Source: Octopus vulgaris
Lineage: Eukaryota
Reading direction: 5' to 3'
DNA: 64,000 bases
Assembly: GCA_951406725.2 (NCBI GenBank)
Contig: OX597815.1
Coordinates: 146,878,001 to 146,942,000 of the forward strand
Under the pieces are notes generated by a model that did not search any database, had not been told where the DNA came from, and saw only the letters and a list, made by a program, of their open reading frames with translations. This document shows positions 28,353 through 43,010 of this stretch, one piece after another (position 1 is the first letter of the stretch; each line of letters opens with the position of its first letter). The position numbers and the translations under genes were made by a program.

Positions 28353-30482
28353 ATATATATATTCGCGTAGGCGTATGAGTATGCAGAAATGTCGCAGATA
28401 CACACAGAGGCAAGTATATACGTTATTATAATATTATTTTGAATTATCAATATCTAGTGTGTTAAACGCTGTCTCGTTCCTCAGTGTTTTCAGTATCTTT
28501 CAATGATTATTTTTTAAGGTTGTATATTTGTTTTATGACTGTTTGGTTCAGTATTTGTCTCTCGCTGTATTTATCGTATAATATTTGAAACTCTGTATAA
28601 AACAGTTTTTATTTTTTTAAACTTAATATTCTTCAATGAAATGTTTTACTGGCAATATCGCTATATTGACCTGGTAATTATTTCTTTTATCATATAATTT
28701 ATTCATGAATTTCCAATTCTTTTTTTTACTAAGATTTATATGTTAAAAATTTATCGATTTTATTGATTTTCATTTGTTTCCATTTATTTTTATTTTCATT
28801 TTTAAAAGCTGATATTTTTTTGTCTAAAAATCTTTGGAATATCTCATTATTAATTGTAATTAGACACTCTAGGAATCTGTATGTGTGCAAGTATGTATGT
28901 ATGTATGTATGTATGTATGTATGTATGTATGTATGTATGTATGTATGTATATATATATATATATACATATATGTATGTATATATATATATCTGCATATCT
29001 ATGTATGCTTCAACCAATCTATCTACCTTTCTCTACTTCTCCTGTTTCTCTCTCTCTCTCTCCCTTTCTCTTCATATATTTGTTTATGTATGTAAACACT
29101 AGAGCACAGAAATATACACCTGTAGATTGTTGTGTCCTTGTTTGTGTGTGGGGGTATATAGTATGTGTGTGTGTATACATACATATATACACACACATAT
29201 ATAAGCATATATGCATATATGTATGTATATGTAAAATATATATATGTGTTTGTGTTTATATCATATATCTATATATTTATGCACGCGCATACACATACAC
29301 GCATACATATATAAATATAGATATGTGTGTGCGTGCGTGTGCCTGTTTAAACATACACATCTACATACATACACCCAACCCATACACATATATGTATATA
29401 TATTTTGTTTTTTTCAAAATGGACTCAAATTTATTTTTATTGGATTACCGATATATTACACGAACAATTATTTAATATGTTTTATCAACTAGAAATATTT
29501 TATATTTTATGGTGGTAAGTAAACTAAACCCTGCCTTTATCTCACTTTGTATATTTATGTTTGTTTATATCAGTTTCTAAATATATAGGAATTCCTAACG
29601 TGTTATCATAACACCTACCACATATTGAAGTGTATATTTTTTCCTGATGTAATATTTACTCGGTGACTTGCACTGTAAAAATAGAAGATAAATCTCCCTT
29701 GTAATCAAACCTTAGCGTACTTTTACTAAAAAGGACAGAGACCTTATCATCAAAGCCATGCTAATAAAATGGATTCTATAGACTTTCGCCAATTTTTCAT
29801 AAGGAGTTACTAAAACTAAAAACAAAAATACGGAAATGATGTTCAAGCTATACCCTGAATTCAATAAAAAGGGAAGATCTTATTGTATATTAGGGGACAT
29901 ATATATTGTTAATCAGCAATACACAAAAGATCAGTGTGTTTGACTGTACATATATGAACTTAATCATGGGTGGCCAAGAGCTAAGAATGAATAATGAACA
30001 AGTACAATAACTATAAAAACTTGGTATTACGAGCTAATAAGAGAACATCTAATTTGATTGTTGAAATAAGGCTTAAATGTTCTTTAATTCAGACACTTTC
30101 ATGAATAATTCAGATTACCTGCAGATAAATCTTTCCTTGATGTAATGGGAAACGAGAGTTCACAACCTTTGCGCGTATGTCTGTCTGTCACACATTTGCT
30201 GCGATCAAATAACAAAACCTACAGCTGTCTCTGTAATGATTTATGATATTTCCGCCTAAGACAGTTGATATTGTAATAAAAATATAATTAATAACTCCAT
30301 ATTCCAATGGTCTTTTGGGTTAATTGTTCATTATTTTAGGGAACAATCACTTTGCAGACATTTTATACTTAGATATTGTGTGCTTAAGAAGTGATTCTAT
30401 GCAGTCGAATGACAAAGCAAAGGAAGAATTGCACCATAGCTAACAGACAATCAACACATATTGAGTGGAATATTAATAGAAG

Positions 30483-30600
<118 letters not shown>

Positions 30601-31306
30601 TTACACACATATATTCTGTGCTTTACGAATGGGATCCCTTAACAAACGTGTTATACCATCACGTCGTACCTTTCGCCTTATGAAATTCATTGAATCAATA
30701 TTTAAGCGATTAGAAGCATATAAAGAGGACACTGTTGCTCACAAATTGCGATGTTGGATAGGATTTTCAACATATCTATACTTAGAGACAACACAGAGAA
30801 ATGTTTATTCATGTAAACCGGCGTAGAGAACTAATTGAATTCTTATGTCTTTTTCGAATCTCAAATATATACAATTTATCCTTCTCGCAATTTCAACCAC
30901 CGACTATTTTTTTTTATCTGAGCATAGGCTGTTGCATGTCATTTAATTGACTCACACTTATTTGTATATTCCTAGCTCTTCATTCTGACATTTACATTTA
31001 TTTCCATGTGCGATACATGCAGCCATACGAAAAAATCCAATATACGGTCGATTGTTCATGACATTTGCCTCTAAAATACATACTCCCGATTGAATCCATC
31101 AACGCATTAACATACATTCGCTAAGGAACTTCAAATGTAGCCCATGGTCTACAAGTGCCTTATCAGCTGAATTTGATGAATGGAAATACATGCGTGGGAG
31201 CACACGCGCGCGCGCAGACACATACTTAATACACACACATACAGCACATGTAGAAAGGTATGAACAGTTTTACTTTGTATCGAAAAGAAACTTAATCATG
31301 AAACCA

Positions 31307-31337
<31 letters not shown>

Positions 31338-31803
31338 CAAATATAATCGATTGATACACATGTAGATTGATACATCAACATATCTAAAGTACAACAGCTG
31401 GAACTAATGAAATACAGAACACTGTATAAACGCAATCACGCGTTATAAAACTATTCACCTTTTCCTAATTAAATGTCCTCTTTCATAATTACATACAGAC
31501 ATACATGCATACATATATAATTACATACAAAGATACACATTTATAATTAAAATTCCGTCGAATTAGGTACTTAAATTGAGGCACCTTGCTGGGTTGGGTT
31601 GGTAAAATCCGCACACCCAAAACCGTATTTACTGAATATTGAATATCAAGACTCTGTGTAGGGGTGTCTGTCTTGATAACGCAACCCAGCTAAGTGAAGA
31701 TATCCGCTCTTGGTAATTCAGATATGTACTTTTTATACGGGTATTTTATGAGGGTATTTCCAAAGTGCAGAATCCAAGTTAGGTGAATAAAATATAAATG
31801 AAT

Positions 31804-31867
31804 AACAAAGATGTACAGGTCTCAATTCATTACGGCCATAATGAGCTGACGCCTGTACACCTTTGTT
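31804..31867. other. 64-nt imperfect hairpin of pre-miRNA size
   Basis: 29-bp arms, 24 Watson-Crick pairs plus 2 G-U pairs on either strand, 6-nt loop. Confidence 0.4.
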
Positions 31868-31869
31868 GC

Positions 31870-31920
<51 letters not shown>

Positions 31921-31975
31921 GGAGATATACTTGCATAGCAAGTGACATGTTCTGAGATCATAGGGTAGAACAAAA

Positions 31976-32219
31976 ACAATTGCAGCATCGAGGTGTTTAC
32001 AAGCCGTTTAAAAACACACAAAAACCGTTAGATTAACTTCAACCACGACCTGTCCACTGACAAAATTCCGCGATGCAGCAAGGAATACTGTTAATGAACA
32101 AGGTCGCGATTTAAGAGCGAGGAAAATATTTTAACAAATGAAATTTAAATGCTGACGTAAAATCAATGGTTATTGAATGCTTTTAAATGGATTATAAACA
32201 CCTTCGTCGCTGCAATTGT
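31976..32219. mobile_element. Palindromic MITE-like remnant with ~70-bp imperfect inverted arms
   Basis: ACAATTGCAGCATCGAGGTGTTTACAAGCCGTTTAAAA versus reverse complement of TTTTAAATGGATTATAAACACCTTCGTCGCTGCAATTGT. Confidence 0.6.
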
Positions 32220-32289
32220 GTGGGTAAGTGTATATATATATATATACACGTATATATAGTAACCAGTGAAGTGTGTTTTTGTTATTACT

Positions 32290-32595
32290 TATTTCTGTAC
32301 TACCCACAAGAGGCTAAACACAGAGAGGACAAAACAAGGGCAGACAAACGGACTAAGTCGATTATATCGACCCCAGTGCGTAACTGGTACTTATTTAATC
32401 GACCCCGAAATGATGAAAGGCAAAGTCAACCTCGGCGGGGTTTGAACTGAGAACGTAGCGGCAGACGAAATACCTATTTCTTTACTCCCCACAAGGGGCT
32501 AAACACAGAAGGGTCAAACAAAGACAGACAAATGGATTAAGTCGATTATATTGACCCCAGTGCGTAATTGGTACTTATTTAATCGACCCCGAAAC
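32290..32595 (-). mobile_element. Two tandem partial SINE copies (~185-bp period)
   Basis: TAAGTCGATTATAT(C/T)GACCCCAGTGCGTAA(C/T)TGGTACTTATTTAATCGACCCCGAAA occurs twice. Confidence 0.8.
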
Positions 32596-32801
32596 ATATG
32601 TCGAAAGTAAAGGAATTTTGTTAAAATCTTCGTTCGACTCCATTCTTTTCATTTATTCATGTAAAAAAAACACACAAATTTCCACACACGAACACGGGGT
32701 TCTGCCCTTGGCATGTAACTTCAACCGTGTTTTACTGACGTGAATTGCTACCCAGGTATCGATTAACAGAATGATCCATACCAGGATAATTCATTCATCT
32801 A

Positions 32802-32856
<55 letters not shown>

Positions 32857-33203
32857 TTGCATATGCATTTACACGCACACTTAAAACTATTTGCTTCTTG
32901 GGTGGTGAGATTTGAACTCAAAACAAATAACCAAATGTATTTTCCGAGGTTTTAACAACTCTGAGGAAGCACCACTCTATATCTGTTACCTGCGAAAGCA
33001 TTTGATAAGTTAATTAAGTACAGTCAGTACTGTTGTGTGATGCGAAAGAACACTTATAGAAGTAGGAATAGCTTGAAGCAGGTGTGTCAATAAATGATTA
33101 AAATGTATTTTAGTCTCATATCGTTGTTATATTTCTTTGGAATTTTAAAGCACTGCAAACATATATTTGCACACACACAGGCACACACACACCATACACA
33201 CAC

Positions 33204-33271
<68 letters not shown>

Positions 33272-34068
33272 ATACATGAGTGTATGCATAATTACACGTA
33301 TATACTTACGTATATTCATTTATATATGTATGTATACATGTATGTATGGGTGTATGTATATTTCCTGGTTTATCTGCTTTGTCTAGAGAAGCCGTTTTAG
33401 AAACACATCGGAAGGAATTGAACACAATTCCTGTCCATCGACTAACAAGTCAACAGAATTCAGTCTAAAATAACTAGATAATTTTGCTATTAGTATAACG
33501 AAAAATACTCTGTAATTATCGATATCCGAATAATTTGTTCCTGGGATATATTCGGAAAAAAAAACTTTATTACGATTGTCCATCCTTAATTACACATTTC
33601 TAGAACTAATACATTTCAATTTTGCAATGAGAGATATGACGAAATATATAACGAAGAAATGTTTTTTTTTTTTTTATCACAATAGATAGCTGCTAGAGAT
33701 TAACTTTGTTGCCTCACTAAGGTACTTTATGTTGGATTTGAAAATTGTACATTTGTATTGTATTTGTATGCAATGAATGCAAATAATATTTTACGAAGAA
33801 GTTCGAGAAGTAGAGATCCTTATCTAGTTGATGTGGCTTTGTCATTGACACGGCAGATCTCTTTTGATTGACTACAAAACATTTTTGCCAATGTTGTCAA
33901 CAGAGTACAACCCAAAATATAATGTATTCCTTCTTTCCGACACCACCATGCACACACAAACAGTACATCACATACGCGCGGGTGCCTATGCGTAATCACT
34001 GCTGTACATAACTAATACTACACAGAAGCATTCTTACATACATACATGCCTACATACATACATGTATA

Positions 34069-34114
<46 letters not shown>

Positions 34115-34123
34115 TAGATAGAG

Positions 34124-34243
<120 letters not shown>

Positions 34244-36955
34244 CTCATAAACGCGCGATTAATAAATAATGCTTTTATATGCACATGTTGAACGAGTCAA
34301 TCCATGTCATCAACTTCATTCTTTGATAAATAATGGAATCATGTCAAACAGCAGTTGTCTCATGTAGGACAAAACAGAGTCAACTGTTATGCTTGGTTCT
34401 GTGTCTTTTGACGAGTTTGATCAAACAGTGCTCCTCCTGATGGTGGATGATGTGAAAGAGTGTGTTGGTATTTGATCATGACCTTATTAGCCTTTTCAGG
34501 TTCCATTTGGAAGGAAAAATGGTGGAGACGGAAGCGCTCTCTCCCAGTTAATTATTCAAAGATTGTGTTGCTCTGATAAATTCCTTTAAGGTGGAGGAAA
34601 TTACTCTAAGCCTGCTCTTATAGATTGAAAAACCGCGTTTGGGCGAGGATGGTATGGTAATCCGTGGGTTTCTTTGACTGGATCTAATTGAAGTTTTTCA
34701 TATATGAGGAGAACGGAAGCATCTTCGTATACTTTTCTCTCATCCCTGTCCCTGAACTCCTTTTTTCCGCTCGTTCTTCTAATATCGTCCTCATTGATGC
34801 CCCTGTGGCAAATAAGAGAAATTATTGTAATTGCTCTTGTGTTTTGCATAAATGTGTCTTACGCACTTTCGACTCACGACAGTTGATACAGAGATTTATC
34901 GTATATGCGCTAAGAAAAAAATAATTCTTCGGTGTTTAGTCATTTTTCAAACTTCTGTGTGTATAAATAAAAAGTAAACTCATAAAAAATAGACAACAAA
35001 GTAATCAATTCTGTTCTGTGCTACTTCAAAACGGCTGCGAACAAAGTGATAATGTCGTGTACTTCTAGCTGATAATTTCTAAAAATAATGTTATTATTTT
35101 CGTCCTTGCACTAAACATTCATATTAATGACGTCCATTGACCTTTGACGTTTTATATACGTGTCTGTATGTGTGTTTTATGTATGTATGTATGTATGTAT
35201 GTATGTATATGAGTGTTAGTGTGTATGTGCGCGTATGTATGTGTGATTCTTTGTATACTTCTTTTTACTGTCATCATTACATCCATCACGACAATGTAAA
35301 TGGGATAATTTATATATAGACATATAGATAGATAGAAAGATAGATAGATAGATAGATACATTAATACATACATACATGCATACATACATACATACATACA
35401 TAAGACAGGATAAAGTAAGCTACAGTGTTAGAAGGAAAGCGTTAGTGTTTTACTTCAATTTGTTTTTCAACTGCCATGGAAATAGTGCGTCAGTGACCTT
35501 TATTTTTGTGGGAGGTCACAAAAACGATTGTCAGAATAAGAGAAAGAGGGCAGAGGAATAATAATGTTTGTGCTGCGGAAATAGGAAGACGAAACAAGAT
35601 TTAGAGATGTAAGACATTATCCGAGTGTTTATTACAGGAAGAACTATATTGCTCTTGAAGAGCTATATTGGATTCCGTTAAAAACACTCATGGTATCTAT
35701 GATTTCGCAGAGTAAAACGGGGAGGCGGATCAGATCTATGACATAAGGACCGATAAAATACATTCCATGGGATTATACACACTTCTCTTACCCCAGTTGC
35801 ACTGAATAACCTTGGCTGGAACAGAATTTATTGAAGATGCTACGTTCTAGAAGAAATGATGTTATGGCGCTCTAAGTTTTCTGAAATATTCTAATATAAT
35901 ATAATTTTCCTGTTTTTCTTAATATACTTCCTACTTATTTAGTCATCCTGTTGTTACCATGAGGAGGTAATGCAGATATCTCGTATTATTAAGTGGCGGG
36001 AAACAGAGTAGATTCTTCTTTCCTTAGTAACTAACAATCATAGTAGCCTATGTACGACAGTAAATCAATATTAAGTTAATAAATCAATATTAAGTTAATA
36101 TATTCTCCAGTAGATTATTAACCAACAGGAAGAACTATATTGCACTTGAAGAGCCATATTGTGCAACGTTATCAGCAGTCGTTCCGTCCAAGATATCTCA
36201 CATCGAAAAACAAAGAAATATATTGCTGCCTCAGGTTTTCATTGGTTGCTTTCGTTTCCTCTCTGATATTCTAAAAACTAGTCAAGTTAGAAACTCCAAA
36301 TTTGCTTTCAATCAATGATTTCTAATCAAAATAAAACAATAAATTTTTTTGTCTGATTCTTGAATATGACCTACTTCTAGTAAACTTCTAATAAACAATA
36401 TAAGCAACGGAGTTTTATACGAAAAAAGTGCAGCCTCAAGCAAAAATACATTCTTCTTTCTTTCTCTTGTTTCAGATTTTTTGGTCTGCGGTCATATTGG
36501 GACATCGTCTTGAATGATTTTAGATGATTAAATAGATTTTTGAGCAGTTTTCAGATAATTACACCAGCGTTCTACAGAGTGGACATCAGAGCAAGGGGAG
36601 AAATCTCAGTTTGATATAGTGTGGTATTTTCGAATATCTCTATTTTACCCCTATAGGGATAGAAATACGCACACACTCACATACACATACAAACACATGC
36701 CCACACACACCTGCACACACACGCAGACACACACATACAAACACACCACACACACACATTTATATGTATACCAGAAAAGGATGTGACATTGACGGAAGCG
36801 TTTCGCGTCTCTTCATGTCGTCATTCATATTCACCACCTGTTTCGAGTAATCAACACCGACAGAACCAGCATCACTAGTGTTTAGTGTTTTGATAACAAC
36901 AACCATGTCGACAGCAAAAATAACAATAATAACATTTGTGTGCATGTGTATATTT

Positions 36956-36999
<44 letters not shown>

Positions 37000-38274
37000 C
37001 TGTGTGTAGGAGCGTGTGTAAACAGTTACACTCAAAATCAGAGACCAGAACATACGTACACACATAAATAAATATATATATATACGTATATGCGTGTGTT
37101 TGTGCATCTGAGAATGTATGTATGTATATATGTACGGTTATTTACCCATAACTTCTCTAATGAGTCACTGCGAACATTCCCGACGTTAGTGAAATCAAAG
37201 TGTCCATTTTATGAAAATATCAATGAGCCGATTTTGAAAGAAACAACCACTGCACATTTTTACATTATTTTTCTTTTCAAGTGTTGAACAATAGAATTAT
37301 CAATTCAAAATATTTCATTTACACACAAACTTGTACAAACACACACACACACAGACTCACACTCACACACACATGAATTTACATACACATACATGCACAC
37401 ATACATACACGTATGTTGGGAAATAACGAAAAGCGCAATCGAAAAGACGGAATGTCTTATGCACTCAGTAGCAAGCGAGTATTAGCTAATAGCCTGTAGT
37501 ACGTTCTTGTTGTTTGTTTTAATGAAATGGAACGAGAGCAAGAGTGAGACAGAGATGGGAGAAAGAGAGGCGGGGGAAGTAAGAAACACAGAGGGAAAAG
37601 AAAGAGCGATGGGGAGAGAGTTAAGCGTAATGTAGGACACACTACTTCTACGTAAGTAGGTTTAGATTAGAAAGAAATGAGGAAAGACGAGGGAAAAATG
37701 GGACAAATCAATTTGCATCGAAGATTGCAAAAGAAAAACTACCGGGTGGCAATTTACTTTAGTTTCATCTGTCAAAACTTCAGAATAGTAATCAAGGCCA
37801 ATGGAAAATATATTTTAAATGGAATTATAGTTCAGAATCGAGGAAGGGTAAATCTAATATTTTTAATTTTCGAGTATAGGTCATTGCATTTGCTAGACTG
37901 TCGACTCACGTTCTTATCACACACTTTTTTTCGTAATTCACAAAGTTACGTTAGCCTCCTGTTTATACCTCCCCTACAGATTAATACCAATCCTCTGATT
38001 ACTTGTCTTAAATTCCTATTTCCCAAGGAGGTTTGTAGATTCACTTAATTTGACATTGAGGATTACTACCGCCCAATTTCCCAACTATTCTTGATGGATG
38101 AAATCACTTTCGAAAAAAGCTTCGCATCCATTAGTGCTTCTCGAATTATTATTGTACATGCAAAGAAATCTACTTTATATTATGAAACAGCATATGGATC
38201 AAAGAAACTTGAGAATATCCCTGTAGCTTCGAGCTTTCTATCTAAAGCCTCAGTTGAAATTCTTGATATTGTCG

Positions 38275-38319
<45 letters not shown>

Positions 38320-38340
38320 CATAGATATATATATACACAC

Positions 38341-38373
<33 letters not shown>

Positions 38374-38379
38374 TATATT

Positions 38380-38410
<31 letters not shown>

Positions 38411-39065
38411 TCCTCAATACATACACACACACACACATATATATATACATATATATACATGCAAGTACATACACACATGTATTCGTATATTTATATACAT
38501 ATATATAAGTTTCTTGTGTGTTCTATTTTCAATCACTATCATGTTATATCAATATATATGTATGTATTTATGTATGTATGCACACAAACACACACGTATA
38601 TGTAGGTATGTATGTATATACATACATTCATACATACATACATATATATGTGTGTGTGTGTGTGTCTGTTTGTCTCTGTGTACATGTATGTATCTATGTA
38701 TGTATATACATACAATGTACTGCATACCAAATTACCTTACATTCTCCGAGATCTCTACACTTTTTAGAAACCTTTATAGACACTATTTATTTAAATGTTT
38801 TCTACAAAAAGAGAAATATAGAGAAGACCATTACAAATTCTTTAAATAATTAGATTTACAATTTATACTCAATGCTGTTCTTAATCTTAATGGCACTAAT
38901 TTTCCCTTACGGAAAACTCTATAAATTATTTCAGTACTGTCACAGGTTTACTAAACACGGATATATGCACGCATGTGTGTGCATGTATGTATACACTCCC
39001 ACACAAACAATCCAGAACTCAAACACCACACACAGACACAAACATATATCACATTTTATATGAAG

Positions 39066-39785
39066 ACTAGCTTAAGGTGACCCGCTCTACATTATGTTGC
39101 TTCATTTCTGTTTCTCTACATTATGTTGCTTCATTTCTGTTTCTTAAATCTTACCTTAATTTTCAAACTTTCGAACCCATTTTCCGCGCTTAAATTACAA
39201 ATCCGCTTCCACTTTACCATGTTGAAAATTTGATTGAAGTCGGGCAAAAGGTGTCCAATCTAGACACCCAAGTGTCCCCTAAAATCAATAAAATCCCCGT
39301 TTTCACAGCAAAGCAAGCACTGTAGCGCAATCAATTTCTCCTCAAGTTACCCCCACCTGTAAATTTTAATCCCTTTCTACCTCCATTTAGACCCCTTTTT
39401 ACATAAAAATACAATTTGCAACAACATTCACCTTCTTGATCTTATAGATTAGATTAATGATAACCGCCTTTAGCCCCGGCAGCAACACGAAAAGTTACCA
39501 TTATTCAAACAGCGCAACCTGCCTATCCCATACAACTCAATTTTTCCCATGCTCCTCACCATGGCAACCAAACGGTAACCCCGAGCGACTTGCAACCCTC
39601 CTCACATCATTGCCCACTCCATTCTACCCACCTCACCCCACCCAGTGTAAATTTTGGCGCCAATCCGACCCCATCTACCGCCCCTTAAACCGTTCCCATC
39701 CCAAAATGAGACAAATAACGAAGAAACAAAACAACTTTTTCGCATTTCAGCTTTATAGATATTGATGATTTTATACATAGACATA
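39066..39785 (+). mobile_element. Probable non-autonomous Helitron/Helentron-like element
   Basis: Starts ACTAGC...GACCCG, C-rich body with AAATTTGATTGAAGTCGG and AAATTTTGGCGCCAATCCG motifs, ends TTTTATACATAGA; 29-bp tandem duplication at ~39086-39143. Confidence 0.45.
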
Positions 39786-39823
39786 TATATATATATGTAT
39801 ACACATTATACATATATTTATGT

Positions 39824-39863
<40 letters not shown>

Positions 39864-40149
39864 TAACGCAATATATCTGATTAATAATATCTGTTATGAT
39901 TGTGCGCTGGTGGTGGGCGATAATAATTCACCGTTCTAAAAGACCTGTGGCGGGAATATTTAAACCTTTGCGGCTGTTAACGATTTCTCTCTATAGATAC
40001 AGACAGATGTACAGTGAGAGAGATGGTGGGAGAATGAGAGACAGAGACACGGCGAAGGCAGAGAGAGATTGAGAGTAGAAGTTGTCAAACGTCATTAAAA
40101 AGAGAAAGTGGAGCTATAAACTCCCTGGAGGTACCAGTTGTCCAGTATA

Positions 40150-40890
40150 ATCTTAATGACATCAGTTGGAATATGTGTGAACTCCAGCAGAAGTACATAA
40201 AACCAGGAAACTGTTGTAACTCCACAGGATGCACCACCCGAAAATCAGACTCCACTGGCTCTATGCCCCCACGAAAGAAAGGCGTTAGGGGCCTAATCCA
40301 ACGTGAAACGTTCTATAAAATGACCATGTTAGGATTCCAAGTATATTTCCAAAGTAACTCCGATTAGGTGATACAGCTGTTAAGGCGTCATGAACAGATT
40401 AAGAAACTGCACTCAATCTCAAAGTAGGCATATAAATACAGACAAGTGTTTCACCTGCCTGATTACAATGATAATAAGGAGAACACACCACCTAATAAGG
40501 CAGCAAAACAGTGTAAAAGAAAATCCAAACAGGAAATCTTAAAGGTGATATCGAGACTGTGGGAAGAAAAACCATTGTAAAACCAAGCTGATGTAAATAT
40601 GAGAACTCATCAGTGACTGCAGAGTGCTGTTATCAAAGCTGAAACAAGGATTTATCCTAGCGGCACAAGATCAGAGTCTCTTCACTCCGAACTATCAAGC
40701 AAATGTTACACAAAGTGAGGTAGACACAAAATATAAACTCTGCAATGAGGAACTGGAGAGTATTCACCACACAGTTGCAGGTTACTCAGTCCTTGCCTGT
40801 ACAGAATAGGAAACCTGGCATAATCGAGATGGCCAGTATTTTCACTGGAACGTGTGCCATCACTATGGTATGAGCACCATTCAGATCCAG
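40150..40890 (+). mobile_element. Dong/R4-like LINE fragment A (post-RT region to CCHC finger)
   Basis: KTRKLL*LHRMHHP...LYAPRKKGVRGLIQ; GFILAAQDQSL...KLCNEELESIHHTVAGY...HWNVC. Confidence 0.85.
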
Positions 40891-40919
40891 TCATTGGGAG
40901 ATAAAATGTTTCTATTGTA

Positions 40920-41775
40920 TGGGATTATGAGTTACATACAGACAGTTATCTGGCTGGCAGGAGAAGGTGTTGCATGGTAGATTCCCAAATATAGTTGCAG
41001 CAAATAGTAGTAGTGAGACATGGTTATGTCTGCAGAAAGAAAAGCTGAAGAGGGAGACAGAAAGTTTGTTACTAACTGCACAAGATCAGCACTAAGGACA
41101 AATTGGATAAAAGCCAAGATTGACAAAAAACAAATAGATTTCCAATGTAAGTTAGCATACTGGCACAGAAACAATACCAGAAAAGACATGACAATCTAAG
41201 GAGTGTAATCCAGTGGGAGCTATGTAGAAAGCTAGGATTTGAACATACAGATAAATGGTATGAACATGAACTTAGTAAATTACTAGAAAGTAAGTAATAC
41301 AAGATGTTGTGAGACTTTAACATTCTGACTCACAGAGTAATAGAAGCTAGAAGGCTTGATTTGGTATTAGTAGATAATGAAAATAGAAAGTGCGAGATAA
41401 TTGACTTTACAGTCCCAAATGATGAAAAAATAAAAAATGAGAAGTACAAAAAAATAGCAAAGTAACAGGACCTAGACTTTCAGTTACGGAGATTATGGAA
41501 AGTGAGGGTAAAATGTATCCCAGTAGTTATAGGTGCATTGGAGACTATCCTTAAAGATTTGAACACATAGATTGAAGAAATAGGTATAAAACCCAGTTTA
41601 GTACAGCTGCAGAAAACAGTGTTATTAGGGACAACTAGGATACTTAGGAGAGTTCTTGGCATCTAAGTTTACTTGTCATAACCCAATAGGGTGATTCATG
41701 GCATCTAAGGCTACTTGTTGTAACCCGATGTTAGTATACTTTTCTTTTCCAGCATTCTGATGTGTTGAGTGTATA
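40920..41775 (+). mobile_element. Dong/R4-like LINE fragment B: RLE domain, 3' UTR, TAA/TAG tail
   Basis: LKGETESLL..AQDQ; DFNILTHRVIEARRLDLVLVDNENRKCEIIDFTVP; LRRLWKVRVKCIPVVIGAL; LQKTVLLGTTRILRRVLGI* (stop 41664-41666). Confidence 0.9.
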
Positions 41776-41802
41776 ATAATATTAATAATAATAGTAGTAG
41801 TA

Positions 41803-41868
<66 letters not shown>

Positions 41869-41879
41869 ACATCATGTGA

Positions 41880-42845
41880 AGTGTAAGAGATCTCGATACA
41901 ATGAAATCTGCTGAAACAGTAAAACGAAATGAATGCAAGAAGTGACAAAAGAACCTGAAAAAGATTGGAAAGACAAACTGATGCACGGGGGCAATACACT
42001 TAAGATTATGTAGACATCGACATGATATTTGGGCGTTGCTTAGAAATCGTTGTCTGAAAGGATGCTCTGATGCTCTGATGTGCAGTGCCCAGGAGCAGAC
42101 TCCCCGCTGTAACTACATAAAATATCATGTCGAAAAAACTAAAGAATCACCATGATGTAGAATATTTGGGACAAAAAAGGAAATAGTCAACCATCTTCCA
42201 AGAGAATGTGCTAAGCTGGTACAGCGAGTGAGTGTACAAAAGTCGATCTGATAATATTTGTTAGATTAATCCACTGGATGATATCTGAGAAATATGGGTT
42301 TGTTAGAGCAGTTAAATAGTATGAACAGAAACCAGATTGGGTGTTAAGAGAATGACAAATTTCAACTTTTGTGGGGCGTCACCATTCACTGTGATAGAAT
42401 TTTTGAGACATAAATGGCCACACATAGTAGTTGACAACTAGAGAAAAAAGGAGGCCCAAATTATTGATATCTCCCAGGAGATAGCAGAGTGAAATGTATG
42501 AAAAGGTGGGAAAGCACGAACGACTGAATGAAGAGTTTGGAATGTTGTTGGGTATGAAGAATGTTTTAGTCATCCCAGTGGTGATGAGAGCGCTGGATGC
42601 ATATAGGTGACTTTCGAGGACTGTTGTAAATAAAATCAGAATTTATTCTAGGTTAAAAGTCATGCACAATACAGCACTTCTAGGTACAGCGTGAATTTTA
42701 AAGAAAATCTTGTCTATTTAAGGCACAGGAGAGGAAACAATCAGGGACCTTTGTGAACTTCTTGCTGACTGATCCCTATATTAAATGTCTGGACCTTTAA
42801 ATATTTAATTGTCTGGGACTGAAAAATGAAACAATAATAATATAA
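41880..42845 (+). mobile_element. Dong/R4-like LINE fragment C (different subfamily) ending in (TAA)n
   Basis: LKGCSDALMCSAQEQ..RCNYIKYHV...VNHL..EC..L; VIPVVMRAL; MHNTALLGTA*ILKKILSI* (stop 42719-42721). Confidence 0.85.
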
Positions 42846-42847
42846 TG

Positions 42848-43010
42848 GTTTGGAATTTTGGTAAGGGGCCAGCAGTTTTGACTGGTACTTATCTTATTGA
42901 CACCTAGGGGCTGAAAGGCGAAGACGATGTCAGAAGATTTGAGAAGAGGGACTAAATGCTGCTAAGCATACGATGCGGCGTGCTAAATATTATTCCAGAT
43001 CGCTGCCTTA
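42848..43010 (-). mobile_element. Degraded SINE, family of 12540-12740
   Basis: CTGGTACTTATCTTATTGAC...TGAAAGGCGAAG. Confidence 0.6.

Noticed and set aside
34280-34850. Complex, coding-looking stretch on minus strand
   Set aside because: Multiple stops and a frameshift, no recognisable motif; probably an old TE remnant that I cannot classify
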